Positions 1 through 14,389 of a DNA stretch of 64,000 bases are shown here, one piece after another. The notes under the pieces were generated by a model. The model did not search any database, had not been told where the DNA came from, and worked only from the letters and a program-made list of their open reading frames with translations. The stretch is from the human T2T-CHM13v2.0 reference genome, Homo sapiens, in assembly GCF_009914755.1 (NCBI RefSeq), contig NC_060925.1; one strand, written 5' to 3'. Positions within the stretch are counted from its first letter, which is position 1. Each line of letters opens with the position of its first letter. The position numbers were made by a program, and so were the translations under genes.

Positions 1-504
1 GCCGCGATTCCCTGCCTATCTGTAAGTCAGCCTTTGGGGCTTCCCTAACCTTCTCTAGGTGCGACTGTGAACAATGAAGTATGTGGGAGCTGGGGGCTGG
101 GGAGAAGCCTGCGACAACTGAAATTACTGCCTGTAAGTCCAGGAACTCCATTCGTTTTGTTAGAAACAAACTCGGAGTCCTACTGCTCTCATTAATTAGC
201 TTAGTCATCTGGATTTCTCTAGAGAAGACAGAGATTGTGAAAAGGAAATAGAGTTTCTGCTTAAGGTAGGCATGCTGGCTCTATCAAGAAGTGATCACAG
301 CCTATCATCCTAAGAAGAAACAGAAGACATAATAAGTACAAACAAAACCGGCAAAGTACAGTGTTGGGTCAGGGACTGGGCAGACTGCCTTACATATCTC
401 AGGAGGCCTTAGTCCTTAGGAAGGGGGCCCTGTATTACAGCACATTACAACAGTGAAGTGTCCAATGATGAACATGGGCCATCAACTAAAAGTTAAATCG
501 TTCC

Positions 505-791
505 TTTTTTTTTTTTTTGAGACAGAGTCTCACTCTATTGCCCAGGCTGGAGTGCAATGGCATGATCTCGGCTCACTGCAACCTCCGCCTCCCAGATTCA
601 AGCAATTCTCCAGCCTCCGGGTAGCTGGGATTACAGGCACCCACCACCACACCTGGCTAATTTTTGTATTTTTAGTAGAGATGGGGTTTCACCATGTTGG
701 CCAGGCTGGTCTCAAACTCCTGACCTTGTGATCCACCCTCCTCAGCCTCCCAAAGTGCTGGGATTATAGGCGTGAGCCACCACACCAGGCC
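505..791 (-). mobile_element. AluS
   Basis: Poly(T) then antisense dimeric Alu consensus, with a small internal deletion. Confidence 0.95.
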
Positions 792-1420
792 TTCCATTTC
801 TTTAAGAGAGAGAAAAGTTTAATTTGTTTCAAGAAAGACTATTCAAAATTGGTTATACAAAGATAGTACCGTAAAGGGGGCAAGTTTCCATTATCTGGGA
901 ATTACACATTCATTGATTAATCTCACTGTTTCTGAGCATTGCTAGAAGGAAAGTTTGCTTCGAGATGAAATTTATTTTACTCACATTGGACTTACCTTTG
1001 AAATTTATTCAGCGTAGTTTTGTTTCTGAAGTTTCATAGACAATAAAAGATATTGTAAAATATTAAAATAAACATCAAGTTTTATAGCCATTATCTACCA
1101 TTTAGTGTCCATCTCTTCCATCTAAAAGATAATGCTACATTTCCTGTTTTCTAGTCTCTGCTTTCTGTGTTGTTTGATTTTTTTTCCCCAAAGTCACTAA
1201 AAGTGATGAATGAAGTTTCTTTTCATTATCATATGGTTTGGTTTTGCTCATATTTTCCTTCTGTTATCTGGATTGCTAATTAGAAGTTGCAACTGTTAAA
1301 ATGAGCCTATCACAGATGTCATCTTAAAATTTTTACTTCCCTTTTTAGTTCTCTAATAGGGTGAAATCTTGATTCACAAATGCCCTGGGTAGTCCCCCTT
1401 TGTGTGAATGCATCCACTAA

Positions 1421-1421
1421 A

Positions 1422-1471
<50 letters not shown>

Positions 1472-1604
1472 TCACACACACACATATATACATATGCACA
1501 CACACATATACATATGCACACACACATATACATATGCACACACACATATACATATGCACACACACATATATACATATGCACACACACATATATACGTATA
1601 TATA
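1421..1604. repeat. Compound (TA)n(TG)n microsatellite plus CACACACATATACATATG-type minisatellite
   Basis: Directly visible. Confidence 0.97.
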
Positions 1605-2431
1605 TCTCTTCATGAATCATGCACAGAGCTGTGTCTCTGAACAGCATCCATAGACCCCCACCAGGATTAGAAGTTAAACTCAAGTGCAGACACAGTTTGG
1701 AAGCCTTTTGACCATCTTCAGCCCCGCTCTGGTTTCCTCTCTCAGGACACACTTCCCTCTTCATGGTGATTGCATTCTCACTCTATCAATGAGGTATTGT
1801 CCCTCTTTTTACTTTCTCCTCCTTCCCAAACAGGACATATTGGTCATTTTAATTTATTGTTTGAAATGTTATCTCCACCATGCCTTTTCACTAAAAGCCT
1901 TTCAAGTCTGGTTGTGACATGACCATCTTTTTTCTACTTAGTTAAGAAATGTTAGGCATCACTGAATGAGGAGTGAGGCAGGAGAGAAAGTGGATGGAAC
2001 ACGTACAAACAGTTACTCAATAGACTCAGAGTGGCAGCTGATGAAATCTGCCACCGTAAACCAAATGGAGAGCCCAAGTAGGAAGATCGAATGTTGGCAG
2101 CTGGCTCAGGCTGTCTTCGTACCGACTTCTCCCTCATTATTTTTCTTATTTCTGCCAACTCTGGCAACATAGTCGACCTCCAGGGACACATTCTTTTTTC
2201 CTGCCGAAAGTGTGGAAAAATGTCTTGTTGTCAGAGTTTTGTTGAAATAAAATTGGCTTTTGGAAGCAGCAACATTTGCTGGGAAGCTTAGGAGGAGTGA
2301 GACTCAGGAGCAAGTTGATGTGGTTTGGGTTTGCAATCTGGTACAAGAGTGGGAACTGAGGAAGTGTCGTTGTTTTGGGGGTCTGGCAGCACCGCTGGGG
2401 CTTCAGGGAGTGTTAATGCCTCAGTTCCAGG

Positions 2432-2590
2432 GCACCGTTTCTCAGGGTGGTCCTTACAGGCCACCTACACCAGATTCTGCCAGATGCTACTTCTGAAAGC
2501 ATCCTAGAGTGACTAAATCAGAATACCTAAGAATAGGCCTAGAGAGCTGCATTTTAACAAATTCTCCATGAATCTCCTGCTCCGAAATTA
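2432..2590. mobile_element. MER5A-like hAT fragment
   Basis: TTTCTCAGGGTGGTCC...ACTAAATCAGAAT...CTGCATTTTAACAA resembles MER5A. Confidence 0.55.
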
Positions 2591-2949
2591 GAAGAGGAAC
2601 TATATTCAAGGTTCTGGGGCTCAGTTTTCCAGCTGCCCAGGTCATTTATGTGTGCATAACTAGAGGCGCTTAGAGTGAGGTGACTGACTCATCCTAGTCA
2701 CACACATAAGAAACCGAGGCATAAACCTGAAAACCAGTTGGAACTCTTGCCTCCATACAGGAATCCTATGGCAGCAGAAAGGAGAACTGTTCATAGTTCT
2801 TGAAGCTCAGTTTGCTGTTTCTTGACTCTTACTCAACCTTTATATGTTATTCTTTCATGTTCAATCCATTTTCCTTTTCCAAGAGAAGTATAAACGATTA
2901 AGATGTGCCTGTTAAACAAGGCTCGGCAGTCGCTTACTCCAGAAAGATC

Positions 2950-3170
2950 TCTGTAAACCCAGCCTTCCCACCCAGGATCCTCCTCCAGGACACAGTTGTA
3001 CCTTATACGAACCTGGGTGGTTGCTCTTAATGCAACATTGTCATTTACTTGCTCATGAGTATCTCTCTCCTACTAGACATTGAATTTCATTGTCCCTATA
3101 ATGTTGAGCTGTGCCTAGTGCTGGACCTCGAGCTAATGCTTCAGAAATGACTGAAAAATGAATGGATGAG
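2950..3170 (+). mobile_element. L2 3' end fragment
   Basis: CTCTCTCCTACTAGAC...GTGCCTAG...AATGAATGGATGA resembles the L2 tail. Confidence 0.6.
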
Positions 3171-4164
3171 CTGAAAGATCTTGTGAGGCCTCCGATGCAC
3201 ATTCTCCTCAGTTTTTGTGGTCTCTGCCGTAAGGAATGACTGGATGTTTTTGTGTAAAATTAAAAATGTTTGTATTAGACTCGGTTTCCTGTGATCCTTA
3301 CAAAAATGTGTTTTGAGAAAAAAATAAATAGGATTGGGAGAAAATTAAGATGCTTTGAGGATCTAAATACTTGTAAAGTACATTTTATTGGAATGCCACA
3401 AAATGCTTTAAAAAGCTCCAAGTAAATTTAAGAGGAGATCCACTGGATTTTGACTAAGTGCTGAAAAAAAAAACAAAAAAACAGTTTCCTTAATTCCCTA
3501 TCCAAATACTTCAACTTAAATTTACTGGTAGCTGTTTCAGAGGGAGATGGGGATGCTGCAATCCTTAGTTTGTTATAAAGAAAATGTTTTTATCTTCAAA
3601 TGTTTAGAGGAAGGATTAAAGGCAATTTACGGCTTGGGTGAAAAGTAATAAAAGTGGTAACAATGAAGTATCTTCTAAGTTGTCATCATTTTCTGGAATT
3701 GCTAACAATATCAACCAGGCAGGCATTTTATATCTGAAAGGAGTTACTTTCATTTGTCATGCTTTAATATAAACTATAACATCAATCTTATAGCTGCAAT
3801 ACTGAGTTGTTTGTTTGATTCTATTGTTTAAAAAGAGGAATTGATTTAGTTGTAAAGGAGATGAATTCTGTCATTAGATTTTTTGCCACAGGGATCAAGA
3901 AATATATTTATAATTCACTTCTTTCAGGAAATTAGGCTATAAGGTCTATATGAAATGCATTTTATTAAGACCAAGCCACAGCCTCTTTGGTTTCTCCAGA
4001 AATAATTCATTTTTAATTCCCAAGGAAAAGTCACAGTAATAAAAAATAAATTTTACCTGTTAGATTATTTTCCTTGTCATAGCTCCCCTTTTTATTAAAA
4101 AAAAAAATCCAATTTACAGATTTCTTACTATTTGTTTAATTAAAACAATAATAAATTTTATAGC

Positions 4165-4382
4165 CTTTTACAATGCATAAAGAACTTTTTAAATAAAATT
4201 TTACTCCGTCTTTGCAACTCTGTGCAGTGATAATGAAGATAATTTAATATATAATGGAAACTTTTCACTCTGTGAGGGAATAGGGAGGTTCAGGGGTACA
4301 AGAACATTACCGGTGTCAAATAGCAGAGCCAGAACTTCATACAGGACTTTGCTCCAAATAGCATCTTCTTTTAACTATACCT
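4165..4382 (-). mobile_element. Degenerate MIR
   Basis: ...AATAGCAGAGCCAGAACTTCA...CTCCAAA...TTTAACTATACC resembles antisense MIR. Confidence 0.5.
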
Positions 4383-4621
4383 CTGGTCAGTTCAATGTTG
4401 TTTTCCTTGTCATATATGCTTAACAAGAAATACTAGAAACATTAAAATGTTATTACTGCTCACTCTCTTTTTTGTTATCAAATGATTGGTTCCCATGCTA
4501 GATGAAGCTCAGTTTTTAGAAACTGCTCAAGTATTTATTGCAAGTGATTTGTATGCATGAGTGTGTGTGGTATAGGAAGTTAATCTGAAATAATTTTAAG
4601 TAAGCATGGCATGTAAATTTT

Positions 4622-4932
4622 CTTTTTTTTTTTTTTGAGACGGAGTCTCGCTCTGTCACCCAGGCTGGAGTGCAGTGGCACAAGTGCAGTGGTGCCATCT
4701 CGGCTCACTGCAAGCTCAGCCTCCTGGGTTCACACCATTCTCCTGCCTCAACCTCCGAGTACCTGAGACTATAGGCACCCGCCACCACACCCAGCTAATT
4801 TTTTTTGTATTTTTAGTAGAGATGGGATTTCACCGTGTTAGCCAGGATGGTCTCGATCTCCTGACCTTGTGATCCGCCTGCCTCAGTCTCCCAAACTGCT
4901 GGGATTACAGGCATGAGCCACCGCGCCCAGCC
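4622..4932 (-). mobile_element. AluY-like element with 14-bp TSD
   Basis: TSD GGCATGTAAATTTT at 4608-4621 and 4933-4946; AluY diagnostics (GCAAGCTC, GTTAGCCAGGATGG); small internal AGTGCAGTGG duplication. Confidence 0.95.
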
Positions 4933-4955
4933 GGCATGTAAATTTTTATGTGACA

Positions 4956-5201
4956 CTTTTTTTTTGGTGGGGGGTGGCAGGGGAGAGGGTCTCACTGTTG
5001 CCCAGGCTAGAGTGCAGAGGTGCTGATCACAGCTCACTGCAGGGCACGCACCACCATGCCCGGCTAAGTTTTTGTATTTTTTGTGGAGTCAGGGTCTCAC
5101 TCTGTTGTCCATGCTGGTCTGGAACTCCTGGGCTCAAGCAATTCACCCGCCTTGGCATCCCAAAGTGCTGGGATTGCAGGCATGAGCTACTCCGCCCTGG
5201 C
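4956..5201 (-). mobile_element. AluJ with internal deletion
   Basis: CTCCTGGGCTCAAGC (J-type); much of the right arm is missing after CACTGCAG. Confidence 0.88.
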
Positions 5202-5593
5202 TGTGATACTCTTTAATTATTCTAATGCTTCTAACTTACGTCATGGTGCCAATCCTATTTATATAATAGAATCAATCTCATACTCTCAGCTGACAATGAG
5301 GGGTATTTCATTATTTACTTGTATATAAGATTCCTTTTATATAGGATGAAATGCATACACACTCTGCATAGAAATTCTTATGTGTTTGTATATTACTCCA
5401 TTCAATCATACTATGATTCCAAGTTAAGAACTCCTAGATAAATTAGCCTCTGTAGCTGTAACAGTTGAGGCTTTCAATTCAAATGTCAGATAACATTCTT
5501 CTGTGTATTGTATTATTTTCTGCAGTAATTCAAATCTTTATTGAGTTGAGGTTTGCTCACTTACTATAAGGTAGAATGAGGTGATCTAAGTAG

Positions 5594-5728
<135 letters not shown>

Positions 5729-5921
5729 TAACTTGTTATTTTCTTTGGCTTTTAAATCCTATTTTCATAATATATACAAACTCATAATATTTTAATTATT
5801 TTTCTACTAAGTGTGAATAAATAAGGAGCTTCTGACTTCAAGAATCTCCTTTTTCTTATGCCTTTAATCAGGCCCAGAAGGCTAAGAGTCTTGATATTGA
5901 TTATTCAAAACTTAAGAATTG

Positions 5922-6221
<300 letters not shown>

Positions 6222-7386
6222 TTAAGATAAATCTACTGAATCTACTGAGGGTGTGCATTTATGTGGATATGTGCATGTTGGCAGGGGCAGGGTGGGGAGA
6301 CCATCTTTCACTTTCTTTGTTACACACAGATCACGGCAGAGGCTGTATTTGAGCCACGAGTGATCATTCTAATTGGATTAGATCCACTGGGATGTAAAGT
6401 TGGTGGGAAGCGCCAAGAGCAGTGTGACGCTTTGCCCAGGGTGCCCAGACCCCGTTTATATCCACAGATGGCTCGGCAGAGTTGGCTGCCGGAGAGTGGT
6501 CAGTCCAGAGACGGAGTTTAACAAGCTCATTTAAGTTTCCTGCTTGCCCACTCCCCGCTTTAAAACAAAATGCCAGGTTATCCACCCTGGGAGGGAAGGG
6601 CTTGGTTAAAATGACAAGGCTTTTCCTTGTGATACTGAGGATGTTTTGTTGACTGTTTTGAGGGATTATCACTTGGTACCACAGTGTAAGTAAATGTTTT
6701 AAATGAAAAGTTGAGTTAGGCCTTAGGATAGGACCATTCTAAATTGAATTAGTCTAATGTAGTCTAAAGGGAAAAGACATTAAAATAACCCAAATTGGGA
6801 TATGATTAAATAGCCCTGTTTTTTTTTAAAAAGTTAGGAATTATATCTTCATTTAGAAGCAGTGGTGCCTTCAGTTTCTCTGTATCAAAATGATCTTATC
6901 TAATGATAACTACTACATGATAGTTCAGCTTATCTTCTGCTCCTGATGATTCAGTCTTATAACTGTATTGAATGCGGAGGAATAGTTACTTATTAGTGAA
7001 CCTCAATCTTGCTATTATGAGTACAGAAGATAATTAGAGTACATTTACCATGAAGTGAAGCAGCCACTTCAGTTTTCATATTTATGTATTTGCATGTAGG
7101 ATTGAGGATGAGAATGGAGAGTTTGACACCCTCTCATATTGGTTAGAAGTTAAATTTTTAAAACTTTTTTTTTTCTCAAAAGTATTTGGCGATTTGTCTT
7201 GATAAAAGTGCTCAAAGATAACACAGATCCCACTTATACTTTTTTCCTTTATGGACTGGTAGACCTTTAACCTTGTCCCACAGAATTTGATCCAAATGAA
7301 AAGGTCTTTTTTAGGCTACTCTAAATTCTTTCCATTTTTAAAAGTTCTTTCTAACTAAAACTTTTATCTGGTGTATTTGTTTTCAG

Positions 7387-7413
7387 AAAGCAAAGATAAG
7401 CATGAAAACTTGA
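7387..7413 (+). CDS. FMN2: Formin-2 terminal coding segment KAKISMKT-stop
   Basis: Branch-like CTAAC at 7351, TTTTCAG acceptor ending 7386, phase-0 join to the previous exon, TGA at 7411-7413. Completes the FSI (formin-Spire interaction) tail ...HDSGIKAKISMKT. Confidence 0.96.
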   Translation, partial: KAKISMKT

Positions 7414-8445
7414 ACAATGAAAAGCAGAATGAAAATGAGTCATTGCAACGACTTTCACAAAATTCAGCTGACCTGAGAGTGGGAGGGAAACTACCGTCAT
7501 TCTGCTCATGTTTCTTCTTGACCTCTTGCATAATCTTTTTGTTTTCTAGACAGTTCACTAATTGTTGAATTTTACTGTATATTCATATAAAAATGCAAAC
7601 GTACTAGACCAGTGGAGAATTTGACACCTTTTCTTTTTGTAAAAGTTTATGGTATTATACCGATAGACCAAAACAGCATGTGTAAGAGGCAGTATCTGCA
7701 CTAATTCTCAACATGCTAAACATTAACTACAATTCACTGTTGTGAGAATATTCCTCGTCACAGCAAAAACACTTTCCTTTCTACTGACAACCAGTCCTCC
7801 ACATCACAGCATTTAGACATATGGGTAAAATGTTATTTCTAGTGAATTGTTTGTATCAGTTTCATGTCTAAGTATAAATTTTCTATTTTAAAATTTAAGA
7901 ACCGTTTATAATCAGTGCTTTCCCAACTCTTGGGTTGCTCTCCATAACTATGTATTTGTGAAAGAAAATGGTCATTTTTTTTACTGAAGTCATATAATGA
8001 CTTGGGTCAGCTCGTAATGCATTGTGATGGTTTTGTATGAGCTGGGTGTTTTTTTCCATTACTTTTAATGATCTTCGTTGCAAGTTATAGTTGTGGATAA
8101 AGGGGAGAATTTATTGCTCTTGCAAACCAATTATGGAAAGCAACTTAAGAAAACCAATGTTCTAAATCATAATTGTTTGTATTTATGTAAAGTATGGTCT
8201 CTTACTTTTTAGTTTGTAGTTTAAGTGCAAAGAAACAGTAGTGGTTTTTTTTCTATTGTTTTGTAGTCTTCCTGTCCCCTTCAGTCCCTCCAGTGTGTAT
8301 ATTACCATTCTCCAATGAAATAATAGGGCATTTAACAAAGATCGCTATGTGCAATACTGTATTTAGTGTTTCTATTTCAATTTTTCTAGGATGTTAATTT
8401 ATATGAAAATAAAATGAATAATAAAAGAATAAAGATACTTGCAAA
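7414..8445 (+). other. FMN2: FMN2 3'UTR
   Basis: Repeat-free AU-rich sequence between the stop codon and clustered poly(A) signals; 3' end approximate. Confidence 0.85.
8408..8433 (+). terminator. FMN2 polyadenylation signal cluster
   Basis: Three AATAAA hexamers at 8408-8413, 8420-8425 and 8428-8433. Confidence 0.88.
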
Positions 8446-8679
8446 AGACAGCTGTCATATTTAACATGGGGTGGGGAATAAGAGAAGGAGGGAAAATAAG
8501 TTAGGCATGCTGCATATTCACCTGCACACACACACAAAAATGTGCGTACAGTTTCAGGGACTTAAGAACTTAAAGCCCATCAATGATACCTAAGTAAGAA
8601 ATCCTGGTAAAATATTTATTCCTTTGTGGCTTGAACTAGGATCTCTTTCCTGATCTCCCAAAGATCTTCTGGTCATTTT

Positions 8680-9378
8680 CAATCAGATATCTCACCATGC
8701 CTTAAAATTCATTATGTGTAAATTCAAACTCAGCTTGTCATCTTTTCCCTCCATACCTGCTCATTCTTGTGTATTATCTATCTCAGTGAACAAAGCCACT
8801 ATTCATTCAGAAACCCAAGTTCATCTTTTGACATATTACTTATCACAAATGCATACATTTGTCTCTGTCTTTTCTATTAAAGTCTTAGTTCAGAACCCTC
8901 ATTAATTCCTTTATTAACCTACTCATTGTTCTCATCTTCCGAGATTTGCCCTGCAACATATTTTTAAAATTTGAATCCACCTTTTTCTAAAATACAAATC
9001 TGCTCATTTGAATTTCCTACTTAAAGCATTTTAATGGCCACATACACTAAGATATGTGGCCTCAAAATGTTATCTAAATGTTTAATATGGCAGACGGAGT
9101 CCCAAGCAGTGCCTACTTACATTTTGAGTTTAGTCTCTTGACTTAACCTACCTTGAATTCCAGCCTCCAGCCAAACTAAAATACCTCTAGGCTAATTTCC
9201 TCTCAACTATATGTCTTTCCGCATGTTTGCCCTCAGCTTGAAACATTGTCAACATTTCATGGATTCACTAATAATTGTATCTGAGTTTAGAAGGCATTTG
9301 TTCCAGGATATCTCTTGACACTGGTCTCCCTGGCTCCTAGCGTGTGACAGAGACTCACTACATATTTGCTGATGAAGG
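8680..9378 (+). mobile_element. L2 fragment
   Basis: CTCAGTGAACAAAGCCACTATTCATTCAG, AAATACAAATCTGCTCAT, and an L2-like 3' tail. Confidence 0.7.
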
Positions 9379-10191
9379 CAAGATAGGAGTGTTAACTATG
9401 CCAGATGCTTCAGGATACAAGTAGGTTGAAAATGGAATGAAGTCCCTTGTTTGCTGAAAAAGGGTAGTGGTAAAAACGAAGGTAGTGTTAAGGAAGTAGA
9501 AAAGGGAGGTTCAATACGCTCCATACTTGGAAGACTTCTGTCATTCAAGAAACATTGTGCTGTGAGTTAGGAATTTGGATTTCCCCTCTGTTTCCAAGTA
9601 GAAAAATAACATGAAATATATTTTCAAAAGTATAGATGCAGGGTGGGAAGTGGGGGTTGCAAGAGAGTGCATGAACAAGAGGAATCTCTATGGAGTAAAG
9701 ACAACTGATCATGCCCCATTTGTAGAGGGAAATCAACCCAGGATCACTACCAGAGATGTGAGACTTACCTACCAGTGAGGATCCACTGAAAACAGCTGCA
9801 GAGGATGCCACAGGATATGGCAAACATTAGCCAGCCAGACACATGGTAGCAGGAGAAGGCAGACTACACTGGGCCAGCTAACTTCTGGGCCATGTCTGTA
9901 CCTGCAGTGTCTCTAATGTCACTGACACACAGCCCAGTGCCACCCAGAAAGCCAGGTTCTGGACTAGGAATGGGTGGACGCAATGGAAAATGACCAGATA
10001 CAGAGAGAGAGAAGAGGAAAAAGAACGTGAGCACTCTCTCAAGACGTCTCTGCAAAACACACATCCAAAGCACGGAAGGAAAATTCTCAAGGAGAAAGAA
10101 TAAAACAACTCAATAAACAGCAAAATGAATTCACCTTTAAAATGCAAACAACACGGCAAAACTTAGATAATAGTTATATCTAGAATCTGTA

Positions 10192-10596
<405 letters not shown>

Positions 10597-10859
10597 TTAG
10601 TGAGACCACACAGCAGAGAGAGAAAATATTTGTAAACATGTAAGAGAAGTTAAGAGAGATACAGGATAAACTGAGAGACTCCAATTAAAGAGGCAGTCCA
10701 TATGGAGAAATTAAAGGAAATAGTAGAAAAGCCAAATAATGGCTTGGAGGAAAAAAATGGCTGAGAATTTTCCAGAATTGAAAAAAGATATATCCTCTGC
10801 TTAACACGTATCAAGTGCCAGACAGATATATACCAATACATTTGCACCAAGAAAGGTCA

Positions 10860-11228
<369 letters not shown>

Positions 11229-11323
11229 GAAAGAAAGGACACGTCACTTAAAATGAAACGGCAGTTATTCTGAAAGTAGATTTGTCCTCAGCCACAATGT
11301 ATGTTAGAAAATAGTAACGTCTT

Positions 11324-11781
<458 letters not shown>

Positions 11782-11994
11782 TCAGCAAGGAAAAAGATGC
11801 AAACGAAGTGAGGGCCTGGGATTTAAGAAATCACAGAAACCATAGAAACTGGTGAAACAAAATCAACCCTAGAATGTAAACAGTAACAATTACAACTAAT
11901 TTTTCATGTTTACAATGGGCACTAAAATTTTAGATAGTAACAACTTGGGTGGGAGAAGTTCAGGGAATAGTTCAAACACGCGATGGGGCATGTG

Positions 11995-12160
11995 CTGCTC
12001 TCTTCATTCATTCAATTCTGCAAATGTTTAGAGTGGTCAGTGTGTGCCAGAAACTGGAGTAGGCTTTGGGAGTCACGGACAAAGAATGTCCCATCCTCGT
12101 GTAACTTATGTTCTAATGAGGGAGACAAGCGATGTAAAATAATATCAGGCAATATAATAT
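11995..12160 (-). mobile_element. L2 3' end
   Basis: TCATTCATTCAA...GTGTGCCAG...TTCTAATGAGGGAGACA. Confidence 0.7.
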
Positions 12161-12166
12161 TTAAGA

Positions 12167-12283
12167 AGGGTGACAAATAACTTATTCTTCAAACCAGAAT
12201 ACCATTGAGAGTAAAAGTGAGGCTATTACACCTGGAAAATCTCCATAAATTGATACCACTCCCAGACAAACTCTGGTCACCCT
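12167..12283. mobile_element. MER94-like hAT-Blackjack MITE
   Basis: Terminal inverted repeats AGGGTGAC (12167-12174) and GTCACCCT (12276-12283); interior resembles MER94. Confidence 0.75.
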
Positions 12284-12374
12284 ACATATAAGCACTACGT
12301 GAGCTTTAAGTGTTATGAAGAGACATAGAAAGCCCTATCTCCTTAAAAAAAAAAAAAAAAAAAAAAAAAAGAAT

Positions 12375-12664
12375 GGTCAAGTGTGGCGTCTCACAGCTGT
12401 AATCCCAGCAGTTTGGGAGGCCAAGGCAGGAGGATCCCTTGAACCCAGGAGACAAGCCTGGTCAGCTTAGGGAAACCCCATCTCTAAAAAGAAAAAAAAA
12501 TTTTAATAGCCAGGTGTGGTAGCACTTGCCTGTGGTCCTAGCTACTTAGGAGGCTGAGGTGGGAGGATGAGTTGGGCCCAGGAAGTGGAGGCTGCAGTGA
12601 GCTATGATCACACCACTGTACTCCAGCCTGGGTGATAGGGTGACACCTTGTCCAAAAACAAAAC
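12375..12664 (+). mobile_element. AluJ
   Basis: GGAGGATCCCTTGAACCCAGG, GAGGCTGCAGTGAGCTATGAT. Confidence 0.92.
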
Positions 12665-13322
12665 AGGGAGAAGATGGTGATAATGAATATGTTTGGACTT
12701 TGTTACAAAAATATGAAAGTAAATATAAATTAAACATTTAGCACTGTTCATTAAAAGAACAAAAAGAATTAAAGAAGGAATAAGAAAAAAAAACATATCA
12801 ACTAAAGGTCAATCCAATCCAACTAAAAGCCAGAAAGGTAAGAAAAAACACAGCCAAAAAAAAGTATGGTAAAAAGAGAAGTGACTGTGGATGGTAGGTG
12901 GGAGAACTCAAGGGTAAGTGGATGGGAACAAATTGTTACAAGCTCTGAAAATCCTGTGCCATTGTTCCTTGAATTACACCAGCTGTCATTAGCATTTCCA
13001 CTTCCCAGCTAATCGGTGAACTCAGACTTTTGGAGGTTGTATTTGTTTCCTGTGAAACACAGTTAAACAATCAAAAGCAATACGAAGAGGTTTGATGTTC
13101 TAAAGTGGTGTGACAAAGGGGACATTCACCCCCTTCTCTCCCAAAAATCATTCCAAAGCAACAAGGAACAAATATGCATCATTTTTGATTTATCTTCAAT
13201 TAAAATTAGAGGTGTCGAAAACCCAAACCACAAAATATACAGAAGATCTCCCAAATGTGTGGGTATGGAAAAAGGCAGAGAGGATGCTCATGAAGACACG
13301 TCTCAGAAAAAGCAAGAAAGTC

Positions 13323-13416
13323 TCCTTCTCCAAGGTGAAACCATACCCTTAGGAGGTGTTATCTCAAAATCCTTCTCCAAGGTGAAACCATACCCTTGGG
13401 AGGTGTTATCTCAAAC
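13323..13416. repeat. 47-bp tandem duplication
   Basis: TCCTTCTCCAAGGTGAAACCATACCCTT(A/G)GGAGGTGTTATCTCAAA(A/C), two copies. Confidence 0.95.
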
Positions 13417-14083
13417 TGTGTTTGCAATAATGGACCTCGGTACACCAATTGGTATTAGACACTCCCCTGAATGTCTCTTACTATTTTTTACATCAGGAAG
13501 GATGCCTACATGAGAAATTAGGCTGACAAACCATATTTGCAAGAAGGTGTCTATCAATAAGACAAAGGTGAAGGAAGAGACCCTGAATTACAGTAGTAAA
13601 TACTAGAACGAGACATGCTCTCCATCGTACTTCATAATGAAATATTGTCTAGCTTGAAACACAACCCTACTGTCTCCCCACACAAACTATTCAATATTTG
13701 CAAATAGCTGGCAAATATCATTAACACTGCTATCAAACCAACAAAGATTATTTAAGTGAGAATACTATAGGCCAGCTTATTGAGGAATAGCAGTGAAAAA
13801 TACTAAACACGTTAGCAAACATCAGAAGGGCCATGGAGAAATGGGGGTTATTCCTGGAAGGCTAGGATGATCATATGAGTATTGCCTTGCATATTTTAAT
13901 ATATGTGTATTTAAAAATCATATGCATGTGTGGAGAAAAAAACACATGATTTCCTCAAAATGCTAACAAATTAACTAATTTTTGAAGAAAAAACTCTGAA
14001 TAACATAAATATGTCCTTAAAGAATCAAATACCTCAAGGTAAAGTCAGCCTGGGGCATAAGGGGACGCTTTAGGACTATTTCT

Positions 14084-14389
<306 letters not shown>

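Noticed and set aside
1374-1764. His/Thr- and Cys/Val-rich ORFs
   Set aside because: Translations of the TA/TG/CA microsatellite.
7371-7568. 65-aa alternative frame over the FMN2 last exon
   Set aside because: Starts in the intron at a non-ATG codon; neither normal splicing nor skipping of the 82-nt exon enters this frame.
13323-13416. CRISPR-like or other prokaryotic repeat system
   Set aside because: Only two adjacent copies with no spacers, in clearly primate DNA; no prokaryotic features anywhere in the window.
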